From Candidatus Levyibacteriota bacterium (GTDB taxonomy: Bacteria > Patescibacteriota > Microgenomatia > Levybacterales > UBA12049), in the NCBI GenBank assembly GCA_038254115.1, contig JBBSGK010000006.1, forward strand, positions 1 to 54,353: a stretch of 54,353 nt of DNA, given 5' to 3'. Every line of letters starts with the position of its first letter. Position 1 is the first letter of the stretch. Shown here piece after piece: positions 20,012 through 29,449 of the stretch. The notes below the pieces were generated by a model that had not been told where the DNA came from, ran no database searches, and was given only the letters and a program-made list of their open reading frames with translations. Both the position numbers and the translations under genes were made by a program.

Positions 20012-20428
20012 ATGGATCCGAATACTCTTTCAAATCTTGACCCAAAATTAAAGGAAACTTATGACCGGGTTATGGGCACTACTTCGCCTGCTACAGCTAA
20101 TCCTGCAGCCTCAGCAGATCCCGCATCAACTCTCTCTCAACCCGTCATAGATACACAGTCAAAAGACCTGTCTTCGGAAAATACGATACCTGCCAATAAT
20201 CCCTCACTTGCCCCATCTGAAAATATATCCGCTCTCTCCGATGAGCCTCATCCACAAACGGTGACCCTCTCCCAACCCGCAGAAAATCCTATTGCCTCCA
20301 ATATAATAGCCAAGCCTCACGGGCATATGGGCCTAATCAGAGTTTTTTATATTTTGGGCGGTACAGTATTTTTTGTAATTTATATATTCTTCTGGGCCAA
20401 AATCTTCAACATCAAACTCCCTTTCTAA
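20012..20428 (+). CDS. Hypothetical tail-anchored membrane protein
   Basis: LDPKLKETYDRVMG N-terminus, P/S linker, C-terminal TM helix. Confidence 0.8.
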   Translation: MDPNTLSNLDPKLKETYDRVMGTTSPATANPAASADPASTLSQPVIDTQSKDLSSENTIPANNPSLAPSENISALSDEPHPQTVTLSQPAENPIASNIIAKPHGHMGLIRVFYILGGTVFFVIYIFFWAKIFNIKLPF

Positions 20429-20448
20429 AACAAACTCAATTCCAATCC

Positions 20449-20477
20449 TTGAACCAACCACGTACATCTGCTATAAT
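20449..20477 (+). promoter_or_regulatory. Sigma70-type promoter for leaderless small ORF
   Basis: TTGAAC-17-TATAAT with extended TG; ATG 5 nt later. Confidence 0.6.
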
Positions 20478-20482
20478 TACAT

Positions 20483-20644
20483 ATGGAAAGAGATTCCAAG
20501 TCAACCGCTGAGTCGAGAAGAAGAGTACAACCACCAAAACCCACAACTGAAGAACGACAAGCAATAATTAAACGATCCAGGCAGAATAGAAATGATACAT
20601 TCGGATCTTTTGGAAGGAGAAGACCGCGAAATCCCCAAGAATAA
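20483..20644 (+). CDS. 53-aa Arg-rich small protein (not in ORF track)
   Basis: MERDSKSTAESRRRVQPPKPTTEERQAIIKRSRQNRNDTFGSFGRRRPRNPQE*; fills the gap and has its own promoter. Confidence 0.6.
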   Translation: MERDSKSTAESRRRVQPPKPTTEERQAIIKRSRQNRNDTFGSFGRRRPRNPQE

Positions 20645-20649
20645 ACTGA

Positions 20650-22356
20650 TTAAGCTAACCTCTTCAAAACTTCACCAAATTCTAGTAATTCCGTTTCTTT
20701 TTTGGTTCTTTCTTTCCATTCAATCTTATCCCCCGACTTGGCACTAACCACCAATCTCACCGGGATTCCTATCAGATCAGCATCTGCAAATTGAGTTCCC
20801 ACAGACACATCTTCCCTATCATCAAACAAAACCTCAACTTCCGCATCCTGCAATTTTTTGTAGATCTCCTCAGCCTTTTTATTTTCTTTAATCGAAATCA
20901 AATGAACCTGAAAAGGCGCAACATTTTTCGGCCAAACAAGACCATTGTCGTCGGCAAACTTTTCAACCAGCACACCCATCACGCGTGATGATCCAAGCCC
21001 ATAACTTCCCATATAGATTGGCTTCTCCTGTCCTTCATTATCGGTGTAATAAAACCCAAATGCTTTGGAAAATTTTGTGTTTAATGGAAATATATTTCCG
21101 ATTTCTGCAGCTTTGTACACCTCGTATTTTTCATTTGTTTCAGGGTACAAATCCCCTTCTTTTGCTGTTTTGAAATCATAGAATTCTTTTGGCTCCGGCA
21201 AATCACGGCCAAAATTGACATTTATTGAATGATAATGTGTTCTGTTGGAACCCATTTCAAAATTCATTCTGCCTTTCATAGATTCATCCATATAAATTTT
21301 CACGTCTTTAGGCAAATTAAGAAGTCCAGCATACCCAACCTCTGCATCTGTCACTTTTCTTACTTTTCCGGCAGACGCCAATACCAATTGTTTGGCTCCT
21401 GTGATTTTTTGCAGTTTTTCTTCATTGATATCATACCCGCCTCTTACCGCCGCTGCGATAACATCTCCTTTTTCATCCTCGAAAAGAATAGTTTTCGTCG
21501 TTAACTCAACTGGAATTTTAAGAAACTTGGAAAGTTCTTCAACGCCGATAATTCCCTTTCCCTCTATCTCTTTGTATTCTTCAATGGCCGTATTACCTTG
21601 ATTAATAGGTGGTGCTTTACTTGGCGCAACTTCTCTATTAAATGTTATTTCAGATTTTCTTGCATGAAAGATTATGTCTTCTCCGGCGTCGCAAATTGTC
21701 TGAAATTCATGAGAATAGTCCTCGGTAAAGTCACCTCCTGATGCGAGCGTTAAGAAGCTTTTGTCACGCCCTAATTCTAATTTTTCAAATACATTCCAAT
21801 ATGCTTCTTTTGCATTTTCATAGAATTTATTTAAATCTTCTTCGCTGACATGGAAGCTATACAAGTCCTTCATTCTAAATTCCCGGCATCTCAACAATCC
21901 TGATTTAGCTCGAGGTTCATTTCTATATTTTGTCTGGATTTGATAAACTGCAACCGGAAATTCCTTGTAGCTTTTTACAAAATCCTGTACTAGAGGGGTC
22001 ACCAAATCTTCGTGTGTCGGACTCAGTACATACTCTGTTTGATTCTTTGCCCTGGCATTTTCATTTGCAGGAGTAGTTTTCATCAAAACATCAACTGTAT
22101 CAAAACGTTTTGTTGTCACCCAATTATCAATAGGAGCAAGGGACGTCATAAGAAGCTCCACTCCTATTTTATCCATTTCCTCCCTAATTATATTCTCAAT
22201 TTTATTGAGAACCCGAAGACCCAGAGGCAAGAAGGTATAAACTCCTGCAATTTCCTGGTGTATATAACCCGCTCTCATCAAAAGTTTCGCATTTTTTGAC
22301 ACGATGTCACGGCTGATAAGTTTATTTGTTCTAAATGGCATTTTTGAATATTTCAT
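20650..22356 (-). CDS. proS: Proline--tRNA ligase with INS editing domain
   Basis: LSPTHED, YRNEPRAKSGLLR.REF.MKD.YSF, MGSYGLG; start at MKYSK (22356) because the longer ORF runs into the terminator. Confidence 0.96.
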   Translation of the reverse strand: MKYSKMPFRTNKLISRDIVSKNAKLLMRAGYIHQEIAGVYTFLPLGLRVLNKIENIIREEMDKIGVELLMTSLAPIDNWVTTKRFDTVDVLMKTTPANENARAKNQTEYVLSPTHEDLVTPLVQDFVKSYKEFPVAVYQIQTKYRNEPRAKSGLLRCREFRMKDLYSFHVSEEDLNKFYENAKEAYWNVFEKLELGRDKSFLTLASGGDFTEDYSHEFQTICDAGEDIIFHARKSEITFNREVAPSKAPPINQGNTAIEEYKEIEGKGIIGVEELSKFLKIPVELTTKTILFEDEKGDVIAAAVRGGYDINEEKLQKITGAKQLVLASAGKVRKVTDAEVGYAGLLNLPKDVKIYMDESMKGRMNFEMGSNRTHYHSINVNFGRDLPEPKEFYDFKTAKEGDLYPETNEKYEVYKAAEIGNIFPLNTKFSKAFGFYYTDNEGQEKPIYMGSYGLGSSRVMGVLVEKFADDNGLVWPKNVAPFQVHLISIKENKKAEEIYKKLQDAEVEVLFDDREDVSVGTQFADADLIGIPVRLVVSAKSGDKIEWKERTKKETELLEFGEVLKRLA

Positions 22357-22380
22357 AATTTTAGTATAACATTTTTTACA

Positions 22381-22590
22381 ATAAAAAAACCTCACCCTAA
22401 TCTACCTTTTAGATAGACAAGGGCGAGGTTTCTCGCGGTACCACCTTGCTTTTTTCTCACTTGCTCCGCTTTGCGACACAAGTTTGTTCTGTAACGGGAA
22501 CTTCCCGGATTGTTTCACCATCCGAAGCCTTGGCGAAGGATGGGTTATTAATCAGCTCGCCCGGTAGGATGCCGGACTTATAACGCTTTA
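22381..22590 (-). ncRNA. T-box riboswitch upstream of proS
   Basis: Minus strand AGCAAGGUGGUACCGCGAG antiterminator with overlapping terminator; CCCGUUA element; CCU in a short stem I loop. Confidence 0.88.
22383..22431 (-). terminator. T-box intrinsic terminator
   Basis: AAACCUCGCCCUUGUCUAUCU-AAA-AGGUAGAUUAGGGUGAGG followed by U7. Confidence 0.85.
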
Positions 22591-22688
22591 TTAATTTGAT
22601 TATATAAACCAAAACCCCGCTTGTCAACACTCTTCATAATGTATAGACCGAACATTTATTGAGGCTTTGGTGGAGGCTCTTTGGCTCG

Positions 22689-23096
22689 TTATCGCTTTTC
22701 CGTAAAGTGATCGACTTGCGCTATGTATTCTGGATTTTTACTTATCATACTTATTTCCACAATATTTGCCCACTCACCATCGTCAAAACAATCCATCAGG
22801 CCCATATTTATAGCGAAGTGAGACATTTCTTTTCTCACCTTTTTATACAAAGCAGTTGCCAATACTCTATCTGCCTCTAGTTGCGTAAGCTCCTTTGGAT
22901 CCTTGATACTGCCTGAAACTTCTCTTTTTGTGCCCGTAATTACTCCTTGTAATAAGGTTGGCCATAACTGATCCCATCTATCTGCCGCTTGTTCCGGAGA
23001 AAGACCTTCTATTTCCTCAACGGTAATTTTTCGTGCAGAATCTACTCCATTATCTGGATTTCCAACAGATCCGTCATGAGATGTTTCTTCTCCCAT
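22689..23096 (-). CDS. Hypothetical protein
   Basis: 135-aa ORF starting 8 nt downstream of the upstream gene. Confidence 0.65.
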   Translation of the reverse strand: MGEETSHDGSVGNPDNGVDSARKITVEEIEGLSPEQAADRWDQLWPTLLQGVITGTKREVSGSIKDPKELTQLEADRVLATALYKKVRKEMSHFAINMGLMDCFDDGEWANIVEISMISKNPEYIAQVDHFTEKR

Positions 23097-23103
23097 ACTT
23101 GCC

Positions 23104-23580
23104 CTATCCCTCGTCGACTGTTGCTTCTACCTCTTGCTTGCTTACAGGCTTTATCATGTGAATAAGCTGAACTAGTGCGAAGGCAATGATCGCATACACT
23201 GCTGCCGCGATTATAGTTGACCATTCAAATACAGAACCTGTCTGAGTTACTGACGTTTGGAACATTCCATTAAATGGTCCTGCAAAAGGACCGCTCAGCG
23301 CATATACCAAAGTTGTAAATCCACTGAATTGATTGGCGCCCAGTGCTTTTAATACCATCCTGAAAGCAAGTAAAACTTCAATAACTGCTAGCACATACCA
23401 TATCATCTGATAAGCTCTGAAGATTCTTTTTTTCTTCCTGAATACCTTGGCAGGGTGATCGGGTGTGACAACCGGCGGAACAACTGTTTTGGTTGTTCTC
23501 ACAACTTCCTGCGGTGCTATTGTTTCTGATGTCGTTACTATTTCTTCTGTTTGTACATTTGTATCATCCATAAAAATCAC
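23104..23580 (-). CDS. YggT-like membrane protein
   Basis: IEVLLAFRMVLKALGAN..SGF...Y.LS.PF..PF pattern. Confidence 0.75.
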   Translation of the reverse strand: MIFMDDTNVQTEEIVTTSETIAPQEVVRTTKTVVPPVVTPDHPAKVFRKKKRIFRAYQMIWYVLAVIEVLLAFRMVLKALGANQFSGFTTLVYALSGPFAGPFNGMFQTSVTQTGSVFEWSTIIAAAVYAIIAFALVQLIHMIKPVSKQEVEATVDEG

Positions 23581-24494
23581 CCGCCTATCTCTTTTTTCAT
23601 AGCTTGTATTATCTTTGCAACAGTAGTATCCTGAACTGTTTTATCAAATTGTGATTTTTCACTAAATTCCAGCGACTTCTCAGTTGCAGGGGCCGGAACA
23701 TTGGTGGCTTTTGCCTGCTCAAGTGCCCATTTTGCAGATGCGGACGTGCCAATCCTTCCGTCAAATTGGGAAAGACCGGAATCTTTTATAAGAGCGTCCA
23801 TCGCCATATCCAATAAAAAACTTGAGATGATTCCCCCGCCCTGCCAGGTATTTACCACATCGGGGGTATCAAATTGGTAGTCTGATTTTCTCAAAACTCC
23901 AATTCCCTCGGCAATTGCCTGAGTCATACCGGCTTCTATCCCGCTGTGTACCATTTTTACAAAATGTCCCGCTCCCCCGGTTCCAAAATATGAGTGGGCT
24001 CCATTGGGACTGGTCAGTACGTCAAGCGCGGGGATAATAAATTGATAACCGTCTGCATTTCCGCCGACTGTCAGACAACATCCGTCCTCAAGCGCATGCG
24101 CGCCCCCCGTAACTCCAATACCCAAAAATTTTACTCCTCTTTTCTCAAAATCGGAAAAACGCCTTTCTGTATCCTTATAATTGGAATTTCCGCAATCAAC
24201 TACCATATCCCCTGCCTCAACAAATTGACTTAATTGATTAAGTAAGGTCTCGGTAGGCTCGCCTGCTTGCACCATAGACCATATTATTCTTGGTTTTCTA
24301 AGAATGTTTTGAATTTCTTCAATGGAGTGAACAAGTGTTAGCTTTTGACTAACTATAAATTCTGCCTTTTCTGTACGGATCTCCTCAAGCTGATCTTTTG
24401 AGCTATTCCAGATAACCACTTCATGTCCTCCGTCCAACAGTTTCTCGGCGAACAGCCTACCCATTTTTGTAAGACCCAAAATTGCAATTTGCAT
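23577..24494 (-). CDS. Short-type 6-phosphogluconate dehydrogenase-like protein (atypical active site)
   Basis: Rossmann start, PRIIWSMV, DCGNS, GAGHFVKMVH; position downstream of zwf/pgl. Confidence 0.8.
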   Translation of the reverse strand: MQIAILGLTKMGRLFAEKLLDGGHEVVIWNSSKDQLEEIRTEKAEFIVSQKLTLVHSIEEIQNILRKPRIIWSMVQAGEPTETLLNQLSQFVEAGDMVVDCGNSNYKDTERRFSDFEKRGVKFLGIGVTGGAHALEDGCCLTVGGNADGYQFIIPALDVLTSPNGAHSYFGTGGAGHFVKMVHSGIEAGMTQAIAEGIGVLRKSDYQFDTPDVVNTWQGGGIISSFLLDMAMDALIKDSGLSQFDGRIGTSASAKWALEQAKATNVPAPATEKSLEFSEKSQFDKTVQDTTVAKIIQAMKKEIGG

Positions 24495-24592
24495 AAGTGT
24501 CTATATCTAACCACATAGCAGCCATTCTTTCAAGTAGAAAGATATTGCTTGTTGTAATAATTAAACAAACATGTATATACTTATTATATCCA

Positions 24593-25876
24593 ATGAATGA
24601 TTCCGGAATTTATCAAAAATCACGTGAGGAAATATTGAACGTTGGAATAAAATATAATATTCCGCAAGACAAATTGGAAGAATTTCTGGAGCCTGACCGC
24701 ATAGTTCAGGTAAAACTCCCGCTCGTTCTGGATTCTGAAATTGTAACCTTCACCGGCTACCGCAGTCAACATAATAATAAACTAGGTCCTTATAAAGGCG
24801 GCCTAAGATTTCACCCAATGGTAAGTAAAGATGAGGTAATGGCGCTTTCTCTCTGGATGAGTCTCAAGACTGCGATTGTCGGGATTCCCATGGGAGGCGG
24901 AAAAGGCGGAATCGCAATTGATCCCAAAGAATTGACAGAAGATCAGCTGGAGAAAATTTCAAGATGCTTTGTCAGGAAAACTTTTGATGTTTTGGGCTTT
25001 GATAAAGATATTCCGGCACCCGATGTTAACACCAATCCAAAAATTATCGACTGGATGGCTGATGAGTACATCAATATTGCGAAAAAAAGAAATATCAACA
25101 CTCCGATAAGCAAACTTTACGCAACATTTACAGGAAAGGACAAACACGGATTGGCCGGTAGAACAGAGGCGACAGGATTCGGCGGAGTCGTGACCTTAAA
25201 AGATCTTGCAAAGAAAATGAATATCGATCCTAAAAAGACAACTATTGCTGTAATGGGTTTTGGGAACGTAGGTTATTATTTTGCGTATTTTGCATCCCTT
25301 GCAGGATTTAAGGTAGTCGCAGTTTCTGATTCCCGTGGTGGCATAATTAAAAAAGGACCTGATGGGCAGCTGCTTCCGCTTGATATCCCCCTTGTCCTAG
25401 AATGCAAGAAAAAGTCCGGAAGCCTAGCCGGCTGTTATTGCTCAGGAGGCGTCTGTGACACCCAAGGCGGACAGCTTATTTCCAATGATGAACTTCTAAA
25501 ACTTCCTGTGGATATTTTGGTTCCTGCAGCTCTTGAGGATGTAATTACTGAGAATAATGTCTCAAATATAAAAGCAAAAATTATTATTGAGATGGCCAAC
25601 GGGCCCGTAACTCCCAAAGCTTATGAGCACCTAACCAATAAGGGAACAGTTATAGTACCGGATATTCTTGCGAATTCCGGAGGAGTTGCCTGCTCTTATT
25701 TCGAGTGGGAACAAAACCTGCAGGACAAAATCTATAAAAAAGAAGATGTGCTGGAGCGTTTGGAAAAGACCATGTCTGAAGCGTTTGAAAAAGTATGGAA
25801 CGAATCAGTAAAACACAATAGCAGTCTCAAGGAAGCATCCTATCTCGTCGCTTTTAGCAAACTTTTTAATAATTAG
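24593..25876 (+). CDS. gdhA: Glu/Leu/Phe/Val dehydrogenase (glutamate dehydrogenase)
   Basis: GPYKGGLRFHP, GGGKGG, DIPAPDV, GFGNVG, PDILANSGGV; start placed at ATG 24593. Confidence 0.92.
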   Translation: MNDSGIYQKSREEILNVGIKYNIPQDKLEEFLEPDRIVQVKLPLVLDSEIVTFTGYRSQHNNKLGPYKGGLRFHPMVSKDEVMALSLWMSLKTAIVGIPMGGGKGGIAIDPKELTEDQLEKISRCFVRKTFDVLGFDKDIPAPDVNTNPKIIDWMADEYINIAKKRNINTPISKLYATFTGKDKHGLAGRTEATGFGGVVTLKDLAKKMNIDPKKTTIAVMGFGNVGYYFAYFASLAGFKVVAVSDSRGGIIKKGPDGQLLPLDIPLVLECKKKSGSLAGCYCSGGVCDTQGGQLISNDELLKLPVDILVPAALEDVITENNVSNIKAKIIIEMANGPVTPKAYEHLTNKGTVIVPDILANSGGVACSYFEWEQNLQDKIYKKEDVLERLEKTMSEAFEKVWNESVKHNSSLKEASYLVAFSKLFNN

Positions 25877-25880
25877 GGGT

Positions 25881-27392
25881 TCAATCATCCAGCCACTTCC
25901 GGAAATCTTTTTCAATAAGCGTATTTGCTTCTTTTGGACTCCAAGCATCTGATTCATAAACGGGAATTTTTGAAGCCTTCGGAAAGGCTGACCACCCCTT
26001 CAAAATATTTGAAATAAGTTTCCATGAACTCTCAAGCTCGTCCGAGCGGTTAAATAGCATTTGATCTCCATGAAATATATCAAGAACCAACTTTTCGTAA
26101 GCATCTCTTACTCCCCCGGCAAATTCTTCAGCATATGTAAATTTCATATCTACAGTTCCGAGACTTACATTTTGACCGGGTTTTTTAACAATCACCCGCA
26201 TCCCGATTCCTTCATTCGGCTGGATACCTATTGTCAAGACATTCCCAATTTCAGGACAGCCGTATTCTTTAAACAGCAAATGACAGGTTTGCTTGAATAC
26301 AATCTTGATATCCATTCTTTCTTTTTTTAATTTTTTTCCGGCACGCAGATAAAAAGGCACATCTTTAAATCTTGGCGTATCCACAAATAATTTCATCGCA
26401 ACAAATGTTTCTGTTTTAGAATTTGCAGCAACCCCACTTTCTTTTCTGTAACCCTTATACTGTCCTCTAACAACGGACTTGGAAACATCTTTTGGCAGTA
26501 TAGGACGGATCGCTTTTATCGCGTTTGCCCGGGCGTCCCTCACTCCTTCTTTTGAAAAGCTTTTTGGCTGTTCCATGGCAACTGTTGCCATAACCTGCAG
26601 AAGATGGTTTTGAGCTATATCACGCAGAATCCCTACCCCATCAAAAAATTTACCGCGCTTTCCGACTCCCTCATCCTGACCCAAAGTTATCTGGACATGG
26701 TCTATGTGTTCTTTATTCCAAACCGGCTCAAAAATACTGTTGGCAAACCGGAAGGCAATCATATTCTGAACAGTCTCTTTTGCCAAATAATGATCTACTC
26801 TATAAATTTGATGTTCTTCAAAGATATCTGCGAGTTTTTTATCCAACTGCCTCGCTGATTTTAGATCACGTCCAAATGGTTTTTCTATGGCAAGTCTTAC
26901 CCATTTTCCTATATCTACTTTTACGCCTTCCGGCTTTTTCGCGTTTACCTTTGCAGCAGCGTACTCCTTGATAAATGCGGGACCGCATCCTTCTGAAAGT
27001 TTACTTTTTTTTAAATTTTTAAGAATTGAGAGATAGTTATCCGGTGGTGTTGCCAAATAAAACAACCGGGTAATACACGCTCCGATATTATTGTCAAAAG
27101 TATTTAATTTTTGTATCAAATTTTCGTATCCTTTTTTTCCATCAAAAAATCCCTGTTGATAATAAATATTTTTGGCAAAAGACGCCCACTCAGGATCTTT
27201 GTGTGTCTCCAACTCATCCCCAAGCATATGGGAGTATTGCTCATCAGAGAATTCCCTTCTCGCAAATCCCACTATAAAAAATTCACGGCCAATCTGTCCT
27301 TGTTTGTAAAGAGAAAAAAGAGCGGGGATTAATTTGTGCTGAGCCAGGTCCCCTGTCGCACCAAAAATGACTAAAACAAATGGAGAATTCAT
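25881..27392 (-). CDS. zwf: Glucose-6-phosphate 1-dehydrogenase
   Basis: GATGDLA, IEKPFG, RVDHYLAKE. Confidence 0.97.
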   Translation of the reverse strand: MNSPFVLVIFGATGDLAQHKLIPALFSLYKQGQIGREFFIVGFARREFSDEQYSHMLGDELETHKDPEWASFAKNIYYQQGFFDGKKGYENLIQKLNTFDNNIGACITRLFYLATPPDNYLSILKNLKKSKLSEGCGPAFIKEYAAAKVNAKKPEGVKVDIGKWVRLAIEKPFGRDLKSARQLDKKLADIFEEHQIYRVDHYLAKETVQNMIAFRFANSIFEPVWNKEHIDHVQITLGQDEGVGKRGKFFDGVGILRDIAQNHLLQVMATVAMEQPKSFSKEGVRDARANAIKAIRPILPKDVSKSVVRGQYKGYRKESGVAANSKTETFVAMKLFVDTPRFKDVPFYLRAGKKLKKERMDIKIVFKQTCHLLFKEYGCPEIGNVLTIGIQPNEGIGMRVIVKKPGQNVSLGTVDMKFTYAEEFAGGVRDAYEKLVLDIFHGDQMLFNRSDELESSWKLISNILKGWSAFPKASKIPVYESDAWSPKEANTLIEKDFRKWLDD

Positions 27393-27403
27393 GAGTCCCT
27401 ATT

Positions 27404-28168
27404 TTACACCGTTTGATCAGTAATTAACAGCGTCTTCTTGGCAACATCGGGCCGTTTGTAGAATCGTGCCGGGATTTCCTCTTCTGAGCCATCACCAAAC
27501 ATCAAATCCAGCGCTTTATTTTTGTCATCTCCGAAAACTAATACAATTAATAAGTCAATCATTTCCAAACCCAAAAAAGTCATTGTTACTCTCTCGTCAT
27601 ATTTTCCATTCGTATCATTGTACGAGGCAACAAGATTATGTGTCCTAAGCAACTCTGAATTCTGAATTCTGAATTCTGAATCTAGCGCGGGCATTCCGGA
27701 TGTATGTCCATCAATCCCAATTCCCATAATTGCTACAGATTTTTGAAAAACTGCATTGAGCTCGCGGAGTTTTTGATCATACAAATCCGCTGCCTCTTCG
27801 CGGCTTTTTTCAGATTGTAAAATAGGATAAAAAGGAATATCCCGGATTTCCAAATATCTCAGTAGTCCTGTTCCCCGTATCATTAACTGATTACTGTTTG
27901 GATGAAATGGTTCTCCGAAACGCTCATCAACTTGCCCAACGGCGCCAGGAATAAGTAATTCTTCACGGGCGATCTCTGTGTAAAGTGATTTTGGAGTGCT
28001 TCCCCCTGAAAGATAAAGCACCGTTTTTCTATCAATTATTTGATGGAGAATCTCTTTTGTCAATTCGACTCCTGCAGTTGAGTCCAATACTTTTGCAACA
28101 GTTATGCCTTGGTTTTTATGAGTTAGAATATTTCGCTTTTTAAATAAAGTTTCAATTGCATCAAACAT
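27404..28168 (-). CDS. pgl: 6-phosphogluconolactonase
   Basis: LSGGSTP, DER, GIGIDGHT, RVTMT; adjacent to zwf. Confidence 0.88.
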   Translation of the reverse strand: MFDAIETLFKKRNILTHKNQGITVAKVLDSTAGVELTKEILHQIIDRKTVLYLSGGSTPKSLYTEIAREELLIPGAVGQVDERFGEPFHPNSNQLMIRGTGLLRYLEIRDIPFYPILQSEKSREEAADLYDQKLRELNAVFQKSVAIMGIGIDGHTSGMPALDSEFRIQNSELLRTHNLVASYNDTNGKYDERVTMTFLGLEMIDLLIVLVFGDDKNKALDLMFGDGSEEEIPARFYKRPDVAKKTLLITDQTV

Positions 28169-28173
28169 AAACT

Positions 28174-29364
28174 TTACTTAAAAAACTGGCCGATGTCTTT
28201 GAAGGTTACCAGAATTACGAGTCCAATCAGAAGAGCCATACCTATGGCATTTGCGTATGATTCAAATTTGGGATTAAGTTTGCGGCGTGTTACGGCTTCG
28301 ATGAGAATAAAAAATAAGCGTCCGCCGTCGAGGCCTGGAATCGGAAGGACATTGAAGAATGCAAGAGAAATTGACAGAAGCCCTGCAAGATTTAGAAGCT
28401 GAAGAGTCCGCTCTTTGAGATTTGGAATTTGGACTATATCCCCGACCACAGAATAGATCCCGACTGGTCCTGAAACACCCTGGCTCAGGGGCTCTACATT
28501 TTTATCCTTGACTGCTGTCTTGATCAGACTCCCCATCACATCAAAGTTGTAGACCATCAAATTGACAGGGTGAATTATGCCTGAAGTTATTTTCTGAAAA
28601 GGAGTATCATAAGTCAGGACAGCTGTATCAATTGGGAAGAACGATACGCCAAGCGCCCCCTGATTCTTTGGGGGATTTAGTCTCGGAACCATACTGAAAG
28701 TTGCTTTTTTATTTGACTTTACATCCTGAAGCTCAAGCGTCACTTTTTGTCCTTTGTGCTGTTTTATGTAACTTAGGAAAAAATCTATATTTATGACATT
28801 ACGGCCATCGACTGAGAGAATTTTTGAAAGAGGTTTTACTCCTGCTTTTTCGGCCGGTGAATTTTTTACAACCGATCCGATTATGATATCTGTTTTATTT
28901 TGCTGGTTAACTGCGAAAAAATGGTGGTCCCCCAAAAGCGGCAATTCTGTCCGGAAATTTGAAATACCCAAAAATGCATAATAGATAGTTACCGCAAGTA
29001 GCGTGTTCATCACGACCCCGGCAAGTATCACAGCTGCCCGCTGTCCCAGTGAACGGCTGAAAAAAGCTCTGTGCGCATCCTTGCTATCTGCTATTTGTTC
29101 TTTGTTATGAGTTACGCTAACCCTCCCCGCTCCTGCGTCATCTTCTCCGTATAATTTAACAAATCCTCCAATGAGAGCCGGGTAAAATGAATACACTGTC
29201 TCCCCCCGCTTTATGGAAAACAAACTTTTGGTAAGAGGTAATCCGAATCCAAACTCTTCAACTTTAATTCCCAATCTTTTTGCAACAAAAAAATGCCCCG
29301 CTTCATGGATCAAAACAAGAATTGACAAAATTAGGAGAAAAACAAGCGCAGTAACAAACATCAT
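28174..29364 (-). CDS. rseP: RIP metalloprotease RseP (M50 + PDZ)
   Basis: HEAGH, GGFVKLYGE, NVLPIPGLDGG. Confidence 0.95.
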   Translation of the reverse strand: MMFVTALVFLLILSILVLIHEAGHFFVAKRLGIKVEEFGFGLPLTKSLFSIKRGETVYSFYPALIGGFVKLYGEDDAGAGRVSVTHNKEQIADSKDAHRAFFSRSLGQRAAVILAGVVMNTLLAVTIYYAFLGISNFRTELPLLGDHHFFAVNQQNKTDIIIGSVVKNSPAEKAGVKPLSKILSVDGRNVINIDFFLSYIKQHKGQKVTLELQDVKSNKKATFSMVPRLNPPKNQGALGVSFFPIDTAVLTYDTPFQKITSGIIHPVNLMVYNFDVMGSLIKTAVKDKNVEPLSQGVSGPVGIYSVVGDIVQIPNLKERTLQLLNLAGLLSISLAFFNVLPIPGLDGGRLFFILIEAVTRRKLNPKFESYANAIGMALLIGLVILVTFKDIGQFFK

Positions 29365-29414
29365 CTAATGATTATACCATCTTTTAGGATAGGATGGATA
29401 CGGACTCAAATCGC

Positions 29415-29443
29415 TTGCAAAACAGTTAAAAACTGTCTAGGCT
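29415..29443 (+). promoter_or_regulatory. Sigma70-type promoter, leaderless
   Basis: TTGCAA-17-TAGGCT; ATG 6 nt later. Confidence 0.5.
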
Positions 29444-29449
29444 GGATAT

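Noticed and set aside
22656-22691. Stop-codon readthrough of 22689-23096 into RAKEPPPKPQ*
   Set aside because: Single short case at a TAA; all other genes read normally in code 11.
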